64,000 nucleotides of DNA from an uncultured Candidatus Saccharibacteria bacterium (GTDB lineage Bacteria; Patescibacteriota; Dojkabacteria; JAOAGR01). The notes under the pieces are model-generated. The model made no database searches. It worked only from the letters and a program-made list of their open reading frames with translations, and was not told the origin of the DNA. Below, piece after piece: positions 41,425-52,468 of the stretch. Position 1 is the stretch's first letter. Every line of letters begins with the position of its first letter. The stretch spans positions 64,261-128,260 of the forward strand of contig CAZDBO010000002.1 of NCBI GenBank assembly GCA_964503755.1, given 5' to 3'. Both the position numbers and the translations under genes were made by a program.

Positions 41425-43161
41425 ACTACTATAAATATCTCGAATTTGTTCTATAATATCAACTTTTTCAAAGAAACAAGTTTCATTGTTTTGTCGATTT
41501 TTTATCTCAATAATATTTTTATCTAACGTTTTTTTGCTGATTATTATCCTAATAGGAATACCAATCAAATCAGCATCAGCAAATTTCTCTCCAGCAGATA
41601 GTTCCAATCTATCATCCCAAAGTACATCATATCCATTATTTTTAAGCGATAAATACAAATCTTCGGAATAATTAAAAATTTCTTTTGAATCTCCAAGAGT
41701 AACCAAATGTATATCATAAGGCGCAACTGATTTTGGCCATATAATACCTTTTTCATCATGATACTTTTCAACTAAAACACCCATTAATCTAGAAACTCCT
41801 ATGCCATAACATCCCATATGAACATACTTTCTTCCACCATTCTCATCAACATAATAAAGATCAAAACTTTCAGAGAATTTCGTACCAAGATCAAATATAT
41901 TTCCAATCTCTGATGCCCTAAAAACCTCATATTTTTCTCCAGTTTCTGGATTTAAATCTTCCTCTTTTGCCAATTTTACATCATAAAATTGTGCAGGTTT
42001 TGGTATATCTCTTCCCCAATTTACATTTACAAGATGATAATTTTCTTTATTCGCTCCTGTTTCAAAATTAGTTAGATTTTCAATTGAATCATCGCATATC
42101 AACATAACTGATGGATTCAAATTCATAATTCCAGCATATCCTATAGTACATCCAGTATACATTCTAACTTCTTCTTCTGTTGCAAGACGAATAGTATTTG
42201 CTTTTAATATTTTCCTAAGTTTTTCATCTTCATTTATTTCATAATCACCACGCACCGCTACCGCTACAGAATATGTTTCATCCACAATATAAATAAGAGT
42301 TTTTACAGTTTTGCGAATATCAATATTTAAAAACTTCACTAATTCTTCAACACCCACAATACCCTCACCAAAAACTTCTTTCATCTCACGGAGTTCATCT
42401 TCAATATCTGGATCAACTGCTTTTGATGGAGCAACTTCTCGATTATAACAAACATTTGTAGAAGGAACTCTAAAAACTAAATCTTCGCCAACATCAAGAC
42501 GCAATTGAAATTCTTCTGAAAAATCGTCCGAAAACGTACCACCACTCGCATATACTACAAAAAAATCTTGATTATACTTAAACCCTAATCTTTCAAAAAT
42601 TTTTATGTAAGCCTCTCTTGCTCTAGCATAATAATGCTTAAATTCACCAATTTCCTTATGAAAAGAATACAGATCCTTCATCAAAAACTCACGTCCTCTC
42701 AAAAGTCCAGATTTAGCTCTAGGCTCATTGCGAAACTTTGACTGTATTTGATAAAAAGCTACAGGCAAATGTTTATAGCTAGACACAAACCTTTTAACTA
42801 TAGGTGTTATCATCTCTTCATGTGTAGGTTGCAAAATATATGCATTATCAGATTTTTTTCTCGTTACTTCATTAGCTGCATCTGCCTTAAATAAGACATC
42901 TACCTTTTCTAACCTACCAGTTTTAATCCAATTATCTAATGGAGATAATGCTGTCATCAAAACTTCAACACCTATTTTGTCCATTTCTTCACGCACGATC
43001 TTAATAATCTTGTCTAAAACTCTCTTTCCATAATGTAAAAATGTATAAATACCTGCAGCTTCTTGATTGATAAATCCACCTTTTATCAAAAAAGTAGCAT
43101 TTACAGAATCATATGTTTTTGATGATTTTTTAGGATTTGTTAAAACCGATGACTGTCTCAT
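41416..43161 (-). CDS. proS: prolyl-tRNA synthetase
   Basis: Class II motif 2 is FRNEPRAKSGLLRGREFLMKDLYSFH. It is 581 aa with a typical ProRS layout. Confidence 0.8.
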   Translation of the reverse strand: MRQSSVLTNPKKSSKTYDSVNATFLIKGGFINQEAAGIYTFLHYGKRVLDKIIKIVREEMDKIGVEVLMTALSPLDNWIKTGRLEKVDVLFKADAANEVTRKKSDNAYILQPTHEEMITPIVKRFVSSYKHLPVAFYQIQSKFRNEPRAKSGLLRGREFLMKDLYSFHKEIGEFKHYYARAREAYIKIFERLGFKYNQDFFVVYASGGTFSDDFSEEFQLRLDVGEDLVFRVPSTNVCYNREVAPSKAVDPDIEDELREMKEVFGEGIVGVEELVKFLNIDIRKTVKTLIYIVDETYSVAVAVRGDYEINEDEKLRKILKANTIRLATEEEVRMYTGCTIGYAGIMNLNPSVMLICDDSIENLTNFETGANKENYHLVNVNWGRDIPKPAQFYDVKLAKEEDLNPETGEKYEVFRASEIGNIFDLGTKFSESFDLYYVDENGGRKYVHMGCYGIGVSRLMGVLVEKYHDEKGIIWPKSVAPYDIHLVTLGDSKEIFNYSEDLYLSLKNNGYDVLWDDRLELSAGEKFADADLIGIPIRIIISKKTLDKNIIEIKNRQNNETCFFEKVDIIEQIRDIYSSLL

Positions 43162-43195
43162 ATATTATATTTAAAAAATTAATCATCAAATTAAT

Positions 43196-44059
43196 TTATT
43201 GATTCAAATATTTATTAAATAATTGTTCAAAAGTCGAGTAGGGATAAGCACCAGGTACAATTTCTCCATCGATGTAACCGTCGGATGTAATTTTACCTAC
43301 CAAAAAACCTGGTGTTCCCTGTATACCAGCCTGCTGCCCCTCTTGGGTATCAGCTGCGATAGTTTGTGCAAATTCTTTTTTATCAAAACAATCTTTTATT
43401 TGAGCTGCAATATTTCCGGTTACATTGATAGATTGTAGGATCTGATCAATACTAGATGGACCTGTATATGAACTAAACAAATATTTATTGGCTTCATAGT
43501 ATTTTTCTGCTCCAGCAACTTTATTTATACATCGTCCTAAAAGCATTTGATCATTTCCAGCTCCTCTATCATAATCCTTTGTCACAAATAAAACTTTACC
43601 TGTATCTATGAAATTAGTTTTGATCTGTTCAAAAGATTCATTATGAAACTTTGCACAAAATCCACAATTAAAGTCATTGTATTTTATGATACCGACTTTT
43701 GCATCTTTAGACCCGAGGGCAATTCCATCACCTATCGGTAATTTTGTATAAATAGTCGACGGTGTGGGTTCTGGTTGCTGAACATTATTGGTACTACTAC
43801 CTGCATTGGATTGTAAATTATATTTTTCTAAAGCTAATGATATCTCATCACGAAGATTTGATTTCGTAACAATATTTTCACTGTCAAGTACTGATTTAGC
43901 GGCAAAAAGAACAGTAGCTGCAATTATAATCCCAGCCAAAACTATACTTAGAGGTATAAGAAGTATATTTACTATCTCACTTTCTTTCTTAATATTCTTT
44001 TTTACGACAACTACTTCCTCAACAACGTTTTTTTTGGAAACTTTTTTTGATTTTGCCAT
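43196..44059 (-). CDS. DsbA-like thiol:disulfide oxidoreductase, membrane-anchored
   Basis: An N-terminal TM helix is followed by the CxxC active site (NCGFCAKF) in a thioredoxin-like context. Confidence 0.65.
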   Translation of the reverse strand: MAKSKKVSKKNVVEEVVVVKKNIKKESEIVNILLIPLSIVLAGIIIAATVLFAAKSVLDSENIVTKSNLRDEISLALEKYNLQSNAGSSTNNVQQPEPTPSTIYTKLPIGDGIALGSKDAKVGIIKYNDFNCGFCAKFHNESFEQIKTNFIDTGKVLFVTKDYDRGAGNDQMLLGRCINKVAGAEKYYEANKYLFSSYTGPSSIDQILQSINVTGNIAAQIKDCFDKKEFAQTIAADTQEGQQAGIQGTPGFLVGKITSDGYIDGEIVPGAYPYSTFEQLFNKYLNQ

Positions 44060-44079
44060 TGATTCTTATTGTATGTCAA

Positions 44080-45033
44080 CTACTTTATTATTACAAGTAC
44101 AAAAGGTGTCGTGTATATTTCAACTTGATTGTACTCATTATATTTATTTATTTTTTCATCGTATTGATTTAAAAAAATATCTGGTTTGATTTTAGAATTA
44201 GATTCAATTTTTAATTTTTCTTCGAATGTAATCCTTCGGTTTGTCCTTGGCTCTAAAATAAATGTTTCTGGTTCTGAGTCGTCAATAGTTATAACAACTT
44301 CAGATTTCTCGGTTGTATTATTGATTAAATTTACAGAATTAGTCTCTTGATTTTCGACATATGTCAACTCTAAAGTGATAATCTGCCTTTGTTTAAATTG
44401 ATTTACTGCTATGATATTAAATTTATGTACTCCAGGAGATGGAAATTCTCCTTCTATTCTAAATTCTCCTCTATCATTTACAAAAGTCGCTTGGGTTCCA
44501 TTCATAGATATTTCTATAGAAGAATTCTCTGCAATACCAAGTACGGTAAATTTTTTTTGAGTTAAGATATCTCCATTAGATGGAGATAAAATAACAATTT
44601 CAGGCGGTCTTACAAAATTATTCCACTGAGTATAAAAGAAATAAAATATTAAAATCAATATAAAAATAAACAAGAGTAAAATCAGATTTACAGGTTTTAT
44701 AATAGTCAATAAAAGTCCTATAAATTTGTCTGCTACTCTTAATGCAAGCAACTGTACATTATCACTATTTTTAATCAATAAATCCTGTTTTTTTTCATTT
44801 TTTGCTGTCTCTCTGCGATATATTGCCAAAGCTTTATCCTGATTTATACCGAGAAAATTTGCGTATATTCTAATAAGATTTATCGCGTGTTTTTCACTAA
44901 CAAATTTTGAAAAATCATTAGATTCTAGGTCCAATATCAAAGCCTCCCTCACATTCAATTCTCTTGCGACATCAGACGTAGTGAATTTTTTCTCAATTCT
45001 TTTTTGTCTTAACAAGTCACCTAAACTTAACAT
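44080..45033 (-). CDS. RodZ-like cytoskeleton protein (N-terminal HTH, single TM)
   Basis: LGDLLRQKRIEKKFTTSDVARELNVREALILDLESNDFSKF is the XRE-type HTH seen in RodZ. A TM helix follows, then an extracytoplasmic C-terminal domain. Confidence 0.5.
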   Translation of the reverse strand: MLSLGDLLRQKRIEKKFTTSDVARELNVREALILDLESNDFSKFVSEKHAINLIRIYANFLGINQDKALAIYRRETAKNEKKQDLLIKNSDNVQLLALRVADKFIGLLLTIIKPVNLILLLFIFILILIFYFFYTQWNNFVRPPEIVILSPSNGDILTQKKFTVLGIAENSSIEISMNGTQATFVNDRGEFRIEGEFPSPGVHKFNIIAVNQFKQRQIITLELTYVENQETNSVNLINNTTEKSEVVITIDDSEPETFILEPRTNRRITFEEKLKIESNSKIKPDIFLNQYDEKINKYNEYNQVEIYTTPFVLVIIK

Positions 45034-45138
45034 ATTAATATACTTTTGAGTTTTAAATTTTTATTAGCTTGTGATTCAGATTTTATCTCAATGCCAAATA
45101 TTTGATAAATTCCTCCATTATCAGATTGCACAAGAATA

Positions 45139-46101
45139 TTAAATTTTTTGTCTTAACTTTTTGATTTCCTCTGCTGACATAACAACACTGTCTATACTTT
45201 TCTTTATAATAACTAAATTCTGATACATACCTTCATTCAATTTTATCGTTTTAGATAAATATTCACTGGTTTTATCAAACTCTTTTATAATCGTCTGCAA
45301 TTCTTTGTATATAAGATCAAAATCATTTGATACATTTTGACGAACAAAATATTTTAGGAAAAAATTTAAATAGGGTATAAAAGTGTTTGGTGAAACCAAA
45401 ATAACGTTTTTACGTGTTGCGTATTCTAATACGTTGAAAATCATATTTAGTTTTTGTTCACCTAGTACAAATGAATACAGTCCTTCAGCTGGTAAATAGA
45501 GAAAAACTATGCCAAAAGGATTTTCGTCTATATTTACATATTTACTTGCTTCATCTATTTTCGCCTTAATAGAACGTGCAAAAGATTTTATCTGATCTTC
45601 ATTTATTTTGAAATCTTCTTGCAAATAATTTTCCAGAGGAAATTTTGCATCTATAGGCAATATTTTTTCATCAAAAAGTATTACAAAATCAATTATATAG
45701 CCGCTTTTAGTCTTGTATTGAGATTGAAATTTATAAGACGGCAAAAAGTCACTAATTAATGTTTCAAGATTCCTCTCACCCCATAATCCACGTTTTTTAG
45801 AATTTAAAAATACATCCTCCAATTTTTGTATTGTATCTACTATCGAAAGTATCTTAGTATTGGTCTGTTCTAAACGTACAATTTTCTGATTTACTATCTC
45901 CATGAGATTCTGATTATCTCGCGATGAATCTGAAAGAAAATCAATATTTTTCGTATATAAGTCCTGAATATTTTTTATTATTAAACTAAAATTTTTATCA
46001 ATAGCATTTATTTTTTGTTCAGTTTGAATGAATTTTGTTATTAAGATGATAAAAAATAAAATTAAAAAAAACGCCAAGATTGCCAAAAAAATTTCTAACA
46101 T
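45139..46101 (-). CDS. rmuC: DNA recombination protein RmuC
   Basis: ...LWGERNLETLISDFLP...IDFVILFDEKILPIDAKFPLENY...FGIVFLYLPAEGLY is the RmuC family pattern. Confidence 0.7.
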   Translation of the reverse strand: MLEIFLAILAFFLILFFIILITKFIQTEQKINAIDKNFSLIIKNIQDLYTKNIDFLSDSSRDNQNLMEIVNQKIVRLEQTNTKILSIVDTIQKLEDVFLNSKKRGLWGERNLETLISDFLPSYKFQSQYKTKSGYIIDFVILFDEKILPIDAKFPLENYLQEDFKINEDQIKSFARSIKAKIDEASKYVNIDENPFGIVFLYLPAEGLYSFVLGEQKLNMIFNVLEYATRKNVILVSPNTFIPYLNFFLKYFVRQNVSNDFDLIYKELQTIIKEFDKTSEYLSKTIKLNEGMYQNLVIIKKSIDSVVMSAEEIKKLRQKI

Positions 46102-46114
46102 ATCGAATTATATT

Positions 46115-47875
46115 TCATTTACTTTCCAAATATTTATATATTTCTCGACTAATCAAGCTGGCATGATTACCAAGACGTCCATTTTCTACAAAAACAGCTA
46201 TTGCATACTTTGGATTTTCTAAAGGCCCAAAACTTACCTCCCAACCGTGGATTATTTCTTTTCCATCGATTACTCGACCTGTCTCAGCAGTACCGGTTTT
46301 TGAATAATACATGGGGTAATCTACAGGGTAACCACCTACTGTGCGTGCACTTGATTGAGTGGTACAGAGCATACCTTCATGAATCGGTTTTGTATCAATG
46401 GGGTTTGTTATTTGCTGAGTCTCACTATTTTGATCCATAACCAACTTTGGTTTTACATAAACTCCATTATTAGCAACAAAAGAAACCATATTGACAGCTC
46501 CAATTGGACTAATCTGATTTTTTCCTTGTCCAATAACAGCATTCAAAAGCTCACCCGGCAACCAAAAATTCTCTCTTTCTCTTTCACCTTCGGGATATGG
46601 AAAATAGCCATCAATAGTCCCTCTCAAATCTTTACTTACTTTAGTAATTCCTGCGCCATCTGCAAAATTATTGATGACAGTAGCAACATCTTCAGTTGAC
46701 TTTTCTTGCCAACGCAAAATACCACGCATATGATAAATATTTGACGAAACGCAAATTGCTTTGGGCATATTTATATTTCCCCAGTTAATACGATTATAAT
46801 CAACAAATTCTGTATCTTTGTATCGAAATACACCACCAGTTTCTATAAGCTCATTAGGATCAACAATCTGATTAGCTAATAAAAGATAATCAATAAATAT
46901 CTTAAATGTAGATCCAGGATTTTGAACATATTGAAAAGGTTTATTTATTAATGGCTTACCAGGATTTTGTAGGTATTCATTGTATTTTTCTTGTGAAAGT
47001 CCATCGACAAATAAATTAGAATCAAACGTAGGATAGCTAACAACAGCCAAAAGGTCGCCCTTCTCAATATCTTTCACGACAACTGATATCGAAATTGCAT
47101 CAGAATAATATTTTGTCTTTAATACTTTTTCGATAATTTGATAAATATAATTTTGTAAGTCTATATCTATAGTCAAATAAATATCTGATCCATCTTTTGG
47201 CTCAGATATGACTGTATCAAAATATTTTCTATCAACATAAGAATAAAACCGCGAAGCAGTACCTTTTGTACCTGATAAAGTTTTTTCCAGATCATATTCT
47301 ATACCGGTTTTGCCTATATAATCACCAATTTGATAATTACCGGATTTAATTTCATCCTCACTCACATAACCTATATATCCAACAACATGTGACACATTCG
47401 GATATAAATAAATTCTTTTATAATACTTTTCATATGATACAATTGTATTGTTAGAAAATTTAGCCTCAAATTTATGTAACTTCTCATCATATTGTAAATC
47501 GTCGACAATATAAATCTTATCCAAATACGGATATTGTCGAACTTTATCAACAGATTTTTTATATTGTTCAAAAACTTCTTTACCAAAAATTTCAGATAAC
47601 AAATCTAAGTCATTTGTTATTTTGTCTATATTTTTTGAATCAATATAAATTCTATATCTTGGTTGATTATCAACCAAAATTTTTCCGTTTCTATCATATA
47701 TCTTTCCCCTAAGAGGATATATGGTGTATGAGAAAATATAAGCTTGTTTAGCATTGTAGATATACCTATCACTATTTGCAATTTGTATATCAAAGATACG
47801 ATAAGTAATAAATCCAAATAGAAAAATAATCAAAAATAATGTGATAAAAAATTCTAACCTCGACCTAATATTCAT
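46115..47875 (-). CDS. mrdA: penicillin-binding protein 2 / peptidoglycan D,D-transpeptidase
   Basis: An N-terminal TM helix. RGKIYDRNGKIL is the PBP dimerisation-domain motif. The SxxK (PGSTFK), SxN (SSN) and KTG (KTGTAE) motifs are present. Confidence 0.8.
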   Translation of the reverse strand: MNIRSRLEFFITLFLIIFLFGFITYRIFDIQIANSDRYIYNAKQAYIFSYTIYPLRGKIYDRNGKILVDNQPRYRIYIDSKNIDKITNDLDLLSEIFGKEVFEQYKKSVDKVRQYPYLDKIYIVDDLQYDEKLHKFEAKFSNNTIVSYEKYYKRIYLYPNVSHVVGYIGYVSEDEIKSGNYQIGDYIGKTGIEYDLEKTLSGTKGTASRFYSYVDRKYFDTVISEPKDGSDIYLTIDIDLQNYIYQIIEKVLKTKYYSDAISISVVVKDIEKGDLLAVVSYPTFDSNLFVDGLSQEKYNEYLQNPGKPLINKPFQYVQNPGSTFKIFIDYLLLANQIVDPNELIETGGVFRYKDTEFVDYNRINWGNINMPKAICVSSNIYHMRGILRWQEKSTEDVATVINNFADGAGITKVSKDLRGTIDGYFPYPEGERERENFWLPGELLNAVIGQGKNQISPIGAVNMVSFVANNGVYVKPKLVMDQNSETQQITNPIDTKPIHEGMLCTTQSSARTVGGYPVDYPMYYSKTGTAETGRVIDGKEIIHGWEVSFGPLENPKYAIAVFVENGRLGNHASLISREIYKYLESK

Positions 47876-49095
47876 TACATCAAAATAACAACCTCTCTTG
47901 ATGAAGGCACTGCAGTCCTGCTACCGTTTAAAAATGGTAACAAACTCTGTATTTGACTAAAAAATATCGACCAAGGATTACCTATTACATCATAATAAAT
48001 GATCGAATAATTATTTATTTGTTTACTACTTGCCAGTTTCTGCGCAACATCATCAACAGAATAGGCAATTTCATCTATAAACCCAATCTCTAGGGCTTCC
48101 TTTGTTGAAAATATACTACCATCTGCATACTTTCTGACATAATCCTTACTTGTCACTTTAGGATTATTTTTTCTTCCTTCGTAAACAGCATTTAAAAATT
48201 CTTGATAAGCTTCATCTAATATTTTCTGATATTTTTTGTATTCATCTGAACCTGACTCAAGAGCACCTGACTGTGTTTTATGAACACCTTCAGTATTTGT
48301 TATATCAACGACCCTGATACCAAGATTTTCTAAAGCTTGTGAAAAATCAGTAACCGAATATCTAACTCCAATGTTTCCTATTATTGATGCTGGTGATGCG
48401 AAAATCTTTTGTGAACAATTTGGTAACCAATACGCAAGAGAGGCTCCCATACCGTTTATAAAAGAATAAGTTAACTTAGACTTAGACAATTCTTTCATAG
48501 CGTCACAAACTGGCTTTGCAACGTTAGCAACACCACCCGGTGAATCGAACCTAAAGATAACCCCTTTTACATTTTGATCATTTTTGGCTTGTTCTATCTG
48601 GGCTAAAATTATCTTGTCATTTACCGTACCAGTAGAAAAAGCATCACCTGTAGGTCCGACATAATCTATAGCACCTACAATATTTATCACAACTATTTTA
48701 TTTGAAGTCTGTTGATTCGATTTATAGGGAACTTCTTGTATCTGAATATCAGAATAAATAGAAGACTGAATAACTCCAGCATTTTGTGTACTAACAGAAC
48801 CCAGTAGTGATGTCATAAAAAAGCACCCGAAACACAGAATTCCAATTAATATAACTACAATAAACACAAATAAACAACCAAAAATAAAAGGATTTTTTGA
48901 GCTTTTATTGTTTTGCATATTACTCAAACCAGAAAAACTATTTGGGAATGAAGGTGGCTGATTCAAATTAGAATAATAATGTGTATACGCACTGTTTGAT
49001 TGAGAAGAGGGTGCTGAAGAAGAAATATTATTTTGTAAATTATTATCAGAATTCATATAAGGATTTGTGCCGTTTGTATTATTTTCCATAATCAC
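47875..49095 (-). CDS. sppA: signal peptide peptidase SppA (S49 family)
   Basis: The motifs VKGVIFRFDSPGGV and FINGMGASLAYWL...GNIGV are present. It has an N-terminal TM helix. Confidence 0.7.
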   Translation of the reverse strand: MIMENNTNGTNPYMNSDNNLQNNISSSAPSSQSNSAYTHYYSNLNQPPSFPNSFSGLSNMQNNKSSKNPFIFGCLFVFIVVILIGILCFGCFFMTSLLGSVSTQNAGVIQSSIYSDIQIQEVPYKSNQQTSNKIVVINIVGAIDYVGPTGDAFSTGTVNDKIILAQIEQAKNDQNVKGVIFRFDSPGGVANVAKPVCDAMKELSKSKLTYSFINGMGASLAYWLPNCSQKIFASPASIIGNIGVRYSVTDFSQALENLGIRVVDITNTEGVHKTQSGALESGSDEYKKYQKILDEAYQEFLNAVYEGRKNNPKVTSKDYVRKYADGSIFSTKEALEIGFIDEIAYSVDDVAQKLASSKQINNYSIIYYDVIGNPWSIFFSQIQSLLPFLNGSRTAVPSSREVVILM

Positions 49096-49180
49096 GTTTG
49101 AATCCTAACAGAACAATAAACAATAGTCAAACATATTTAACTTCTTGAATTTGCATTTAGCCAGTGCTAATATCGATTAT

Positions 49181-52100
49181 ATGAATCAAAATTCATCCTA
49201 TTTTAAGATTAGAAATCATGCTAGGGTAATTTTTTCGTTATTTAGTGTCTTTTTAATCTCAATAAATGTTCTACTTTTCAACTCTACATCTATTTATGCA
49301 AATGCTACTCCATTTTCACGAATACTTGAAGTAAATAACAGAATAGTAACTCCATCCGATCCTTCTGAGGAATTTAATCCATACTTTAATGTAAATGAAA
49401 TTTTAATCGAAGGACAAGCACGGCAAGGTGATTTCCCATTAGAAAGAGTAGAGTATGCTTATACATCAGACAGGGGGGATGATCCTGATTGGCCTAGTGA
49501 AGAAGACTGGCAAAGAGCCAATGAGTTTAACCCAACTAATGGTAATTTTGTTATCAACTTAAATCTAGAAGAGGGTGAATACATCATTCGCACACGTGCT
49601 ATTGATGTAGAAGGCGTTGTAGAAAGACGAGAACCAGTAATGGGTGAAAACCAAATAAAGATTGTGGTAGATCAAACTACTCCACGATTGAGCAGATTTC
49701 GAGCTGTTACAACACACAATCGATCATACGTCAGATCACCATTTAACCTAATAGTCGATGTAGATGAGAGTAATGGCACTCCAAGATGTGAGTATACAAT
49801 AAACAATGGTGAAACATGGGTAGAATTTCCGTATGATGGTAGCAATAGTAGATGTAGAGTGGAGATAAATCACGAGCAAAGCGAAGAATTGTTTTTAGCA
49901 ATCAGAGTAACTGATAGAGCAGGAAATGTTAGCCAGACTGATACTCTAGAACGCATTCATGATATTGATCCACCTGAAATACTATACACAGAAGTATTGT
50001 CAGAATACAATGGCTATGTTGGAAGAACTTTTTCATTTAATATTTTAGCATTTGATTTAACCTCACCTATCAAAAAATGCCAAATAAGTTACAGAGAGAT
50101 AATATCAGGCGATACTCCAACATATGGCGGATGGTCACCGTGGAAAGATAGTGATTTTATAGGCATGTATTTTGAAGATATTTATATATGCAATGTATCT
50201 ATAACAGAAGAAGACTTAACAAATCCCGAGTTTCCTCCTATAGAAGATGGTAAAAGTTACCAAATAAGACTTAGAGTAACTGATACTGTTCATAACAATA
50301 GCGAAATTTTATTTTTCGATAGACCAATACAAATAGATGCAGAACTACCATCATCTCAATTTGATGATCCAGAAATAAGAATATTTAATAATTCTATCCC
50401 TCTAAGAGGAATAACAGATGACTCTAGATCAGGTATAAGAGAGATAGTCTTAAGTTACAGAAATAGTCCAACAGATGAAGAAAATAGTAATAACAATGAC
50501 AACGAATGGATTGAAATTACCAGAATATTTACGGAACCAGATGAAAATAATCAGTGGCCCACAAGATTTGAATGGCAATATGATTGGACTCCACCAGCAG
50601 ATGAAATTTATGATGTGAGGGTACAAGCAATTGATAACGTTAATAACATTGAAAACACAGATTATATCTACGGATTGACTTTTGACGCTACTCCACCAAC
50701 ACCAGTAACGCCAGAATGGGGTTATGATACACCACCTCCAGGATACACTTCTAATAGTGGCACAGGGCTTGTGCGACATGTAATGTGTGATGGATATATA
50801 ACAACTAGTGAACCTTATCGTGGATTGTGGGCTCATTCGACAGATAATTTAAGTACGACAGTAACATACCAACGTCAGGTAGCATATACACCAAATCCTA
50901 CCAGTACACCAATTTACCTTGGTACTTTTTCAAATGGAACATTAAATTATACTGGCATATTCACACCAAACACTTCTAATAATCCAAATGGTGGACAAGG
51001 TAAATATGCAGTAAGAATAAGAGCAATAGATGAAGCTGGTAACAAATCTATAGATGATAGCACCTGGGCAAACACTATAGTTGACGACACTTGGTGCTTT
51101 ATGACTATTGATCTGACACCACCCACAGTTGAGGATCTTCCTGATCAAACTTTTTATCACGGTGATCCAGTGCCATCACTTTCAGTTACTGGTAATGACA
51201 ATTTAGGAATAGATGAAATATGTGTAGAAATTGTTTCTTCACCTCTGGGTGCATATAGTGAAAGATGTTTTTCTGACGATGGAAGCACAAACAACACATC
51301 ATATACTTGGACATTGGCTGATATATTAGCATTACTAGGTTTTCCACCAATGACAACTATTGATACATCGATTGTACCAATAGGTGATTATGAGTTTAGA
51401 TACTATGTAAAAGATGAAGCAGGCCACTCGTCAGATGTAAAAAGTGTAACTTACACCATATCTAATACTCCACCAACCCCAACTACAACTCCAACTACGA
51501 CTCCGACACCAACTCCAACACCCGAACCAAGTCCAACAGATACACCCACTCCGTCACCAGAACCAAGTCCGACAGATACTCCCACACCATCCCCTGAGCC
51601 AACCTCAACAAATACCCCAACTCCATCTTCGTCACCAACGCCATCACCGGAACCAACTCCAACAGATACTCCTACACTTTCTCCTAGCCCAACACCAAGC
51701 GATACTCCAACTCCAAGTCCGTCAGTGTATTCAACTCCAACACCTACCGATACACCTACACTAACACCTAGTGCTACACCATCATCAAGTCCAACTCTAA
51801 CGCTAACATTAACACCTACTACAACTCCAACCCCAACCACAAGAAATACACCAACTCCTTTACCAACAAACACGCCAACGAATACACCAATTCCAACTCG
51901 GAGTTTTTCTCAAAACACTAATTTTAATAATACAAATCAGAATAATGCTAACGGTCAGCCAAGTCAAACAAATACTCCAACACCAACAGCATCGATCACT
52001 CCTACTGTAAATCAAGGTAGCGGTGAGGTATTAGGTGAACAAATATCTGAACAGTGTGAAAACAAATATATAATTTCAGGTAAACTTTTTTTTGATAAGA

Positions 52101-52468
52101 ATAATAATAACTCATTTGATGAAGGTGAGGAAAAACTATCCAATATAAAAGTTTATCTCAAAGATGAAAGCAATAACATAGTAAGCACTGTTATCACAGA
52201 TAATGATGGTAACTACAGATTTGAGGTGTGTCCAAATAAATACAAAATAGAAATTGATAGATCATCACTAAAGCAAGGAATAAAATTAGAAAACAATACA
52301 AAAGATGTTGAAATAAAAGACTCAAATCAAGAAAATATAAATTTCGTATTTATCGAAGAATCCAATAACAACTGGCTGATATGGTTAATACTCATAACAA
52401 TTTTAATTGCTGCAATACTTGGTATATCATATTACATATATCGACAAAGAACATCTGAAGAATTATGA
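49181..52468 (+). CDS. large cell-surface adhesin-like protein: signal peptide, about six Ig-like (Big_3/HYR-like) repeats, PT-rich stalk, SdrD-B-like domain, C-terminal TM anchor
   Basis: The signal peptide is MNQNSSYFKIRNHARVIFSLFSVFLISINVLLF...IYA. Repeats end in ...D.AGN.S......D.TPP. The low-complexity block is [19 protein letters not shown]... The SdrD-B-like segment is GKLFFDKNNNNSFDEGEEKLSNIKVYLKDESNNIVSTVITDNDGNYRF. The C-terminal helix is WLIWLILITILIAAILGISYYIY, followed by RQR. The upstream TTG at 49145 is an alternative start. Confidence 0.65.
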   Translation: MNQNSSYFKIRNHARVIFSLFSVFLISINVLLFNSTSIYANATPFSRILEVNNRIVTPSDPSEEFNPYFNVNEILIEGQARQGDFPLERVEYAYTSDRGDDPDWPSEEDWQRANEFNPTNGNFVINLNLEEGEYIIRTRAIDVEGVVERREPVMGENQIKIVVDQTTPRLSRFRAVTTHNRSYVRSPFNLIVDVDESNGTPRCEYTINNGETWVEFPYDGSNSRCRVEINHEQSEELFLAIRVTDRAGNVSQTDTLERIHDIDPPEILYTEVLSEYNGYVGRTFSFNILAFDLTSPIKKCQISYREIISGDTPTYGGWSPWKDSDFIGMYFEDIYICNVSITEEDLTNPEFPPIEDGKSYQIRLRVTDTVHNNSEILFFDRPIQIDAELPSSQFDDPEIRIFNNSIPLRGITDDSRSGIREIVLSYRNSPTDEENSNNNDNEWIEITRIFTEPDENNQWPTRFEWQYDWTPPADEIYDVRVQAIDNVNNIENTDYIYGLTFDATPPTPVTPEWGYDTPPPGYTSNSGTGLVRHVMCDGYITTSEPYRGLWAHSTDNLSTTVTYQRQVAYTPNPTSTPIYLGTFSNGTLNYTGIFTPNTSNNPNGGQGKYAVRIRAIDEAGNKSIDDSTWANTIVDDTWCFMTIDLTPPTVEDLPDQTFYHGDPVPSLSVTGNDNLGIDEICVEIVSSPLGAYSERCFSDDGSTNNTSYTWTLADILALLGFPPMTTIDTSIVPIGDYEFRYYVKDEAGHSSDVKSVTYTISNTPPTPTTTPTTTPTPTPTPEPSPTDTPTPSPEPSPTDTPTPSPEPTSTNTPTPSSSPTPSPEPTPTDTPTLSPSPTPSDTPTPSPSVYSTPTPTDTPTLTPSATPSSSPTLTLTLTPTTTPTPTTRNTPTPLPTNTPTNTPIPTRSFSQNTNFNNTNQNNANGQPSQTNTPTPTASITPTVNQGSGEVLGEQISEQCENKYIISGKLFFDKNNNNSFDEGEEKLSNIKVYLKDESNNIVSTVITDNDGNYRFEVCPNKYKIEIDRSSLKQGIKLENNTKDVEIKDSNQENINFVFIEESNNNWLIWLILITILIAAILGISYYIYRQRTSEEL
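51480..51900. repeat. PT-rich tandem coding repeats (about 36 nt / 12-aa units, SPTDTPTPSPEP three times, plus degenerate copies)
   Basis: Direct tandem repetition is visible in the DNA (ccaacagatacacccactccgtcaccagaaccaagtccgacagatactcccacaccatcccctgagcc...). Confidence 0.7.

Noticed and set aside
51451-51873. Minus-strand 140-aa ORF rich in GVGV repeats
   Set aside because: It is the antisense translation of the PT-rich tandem repeats inside the adhesin gene. The low-complexity mirror ORF is an artefact.
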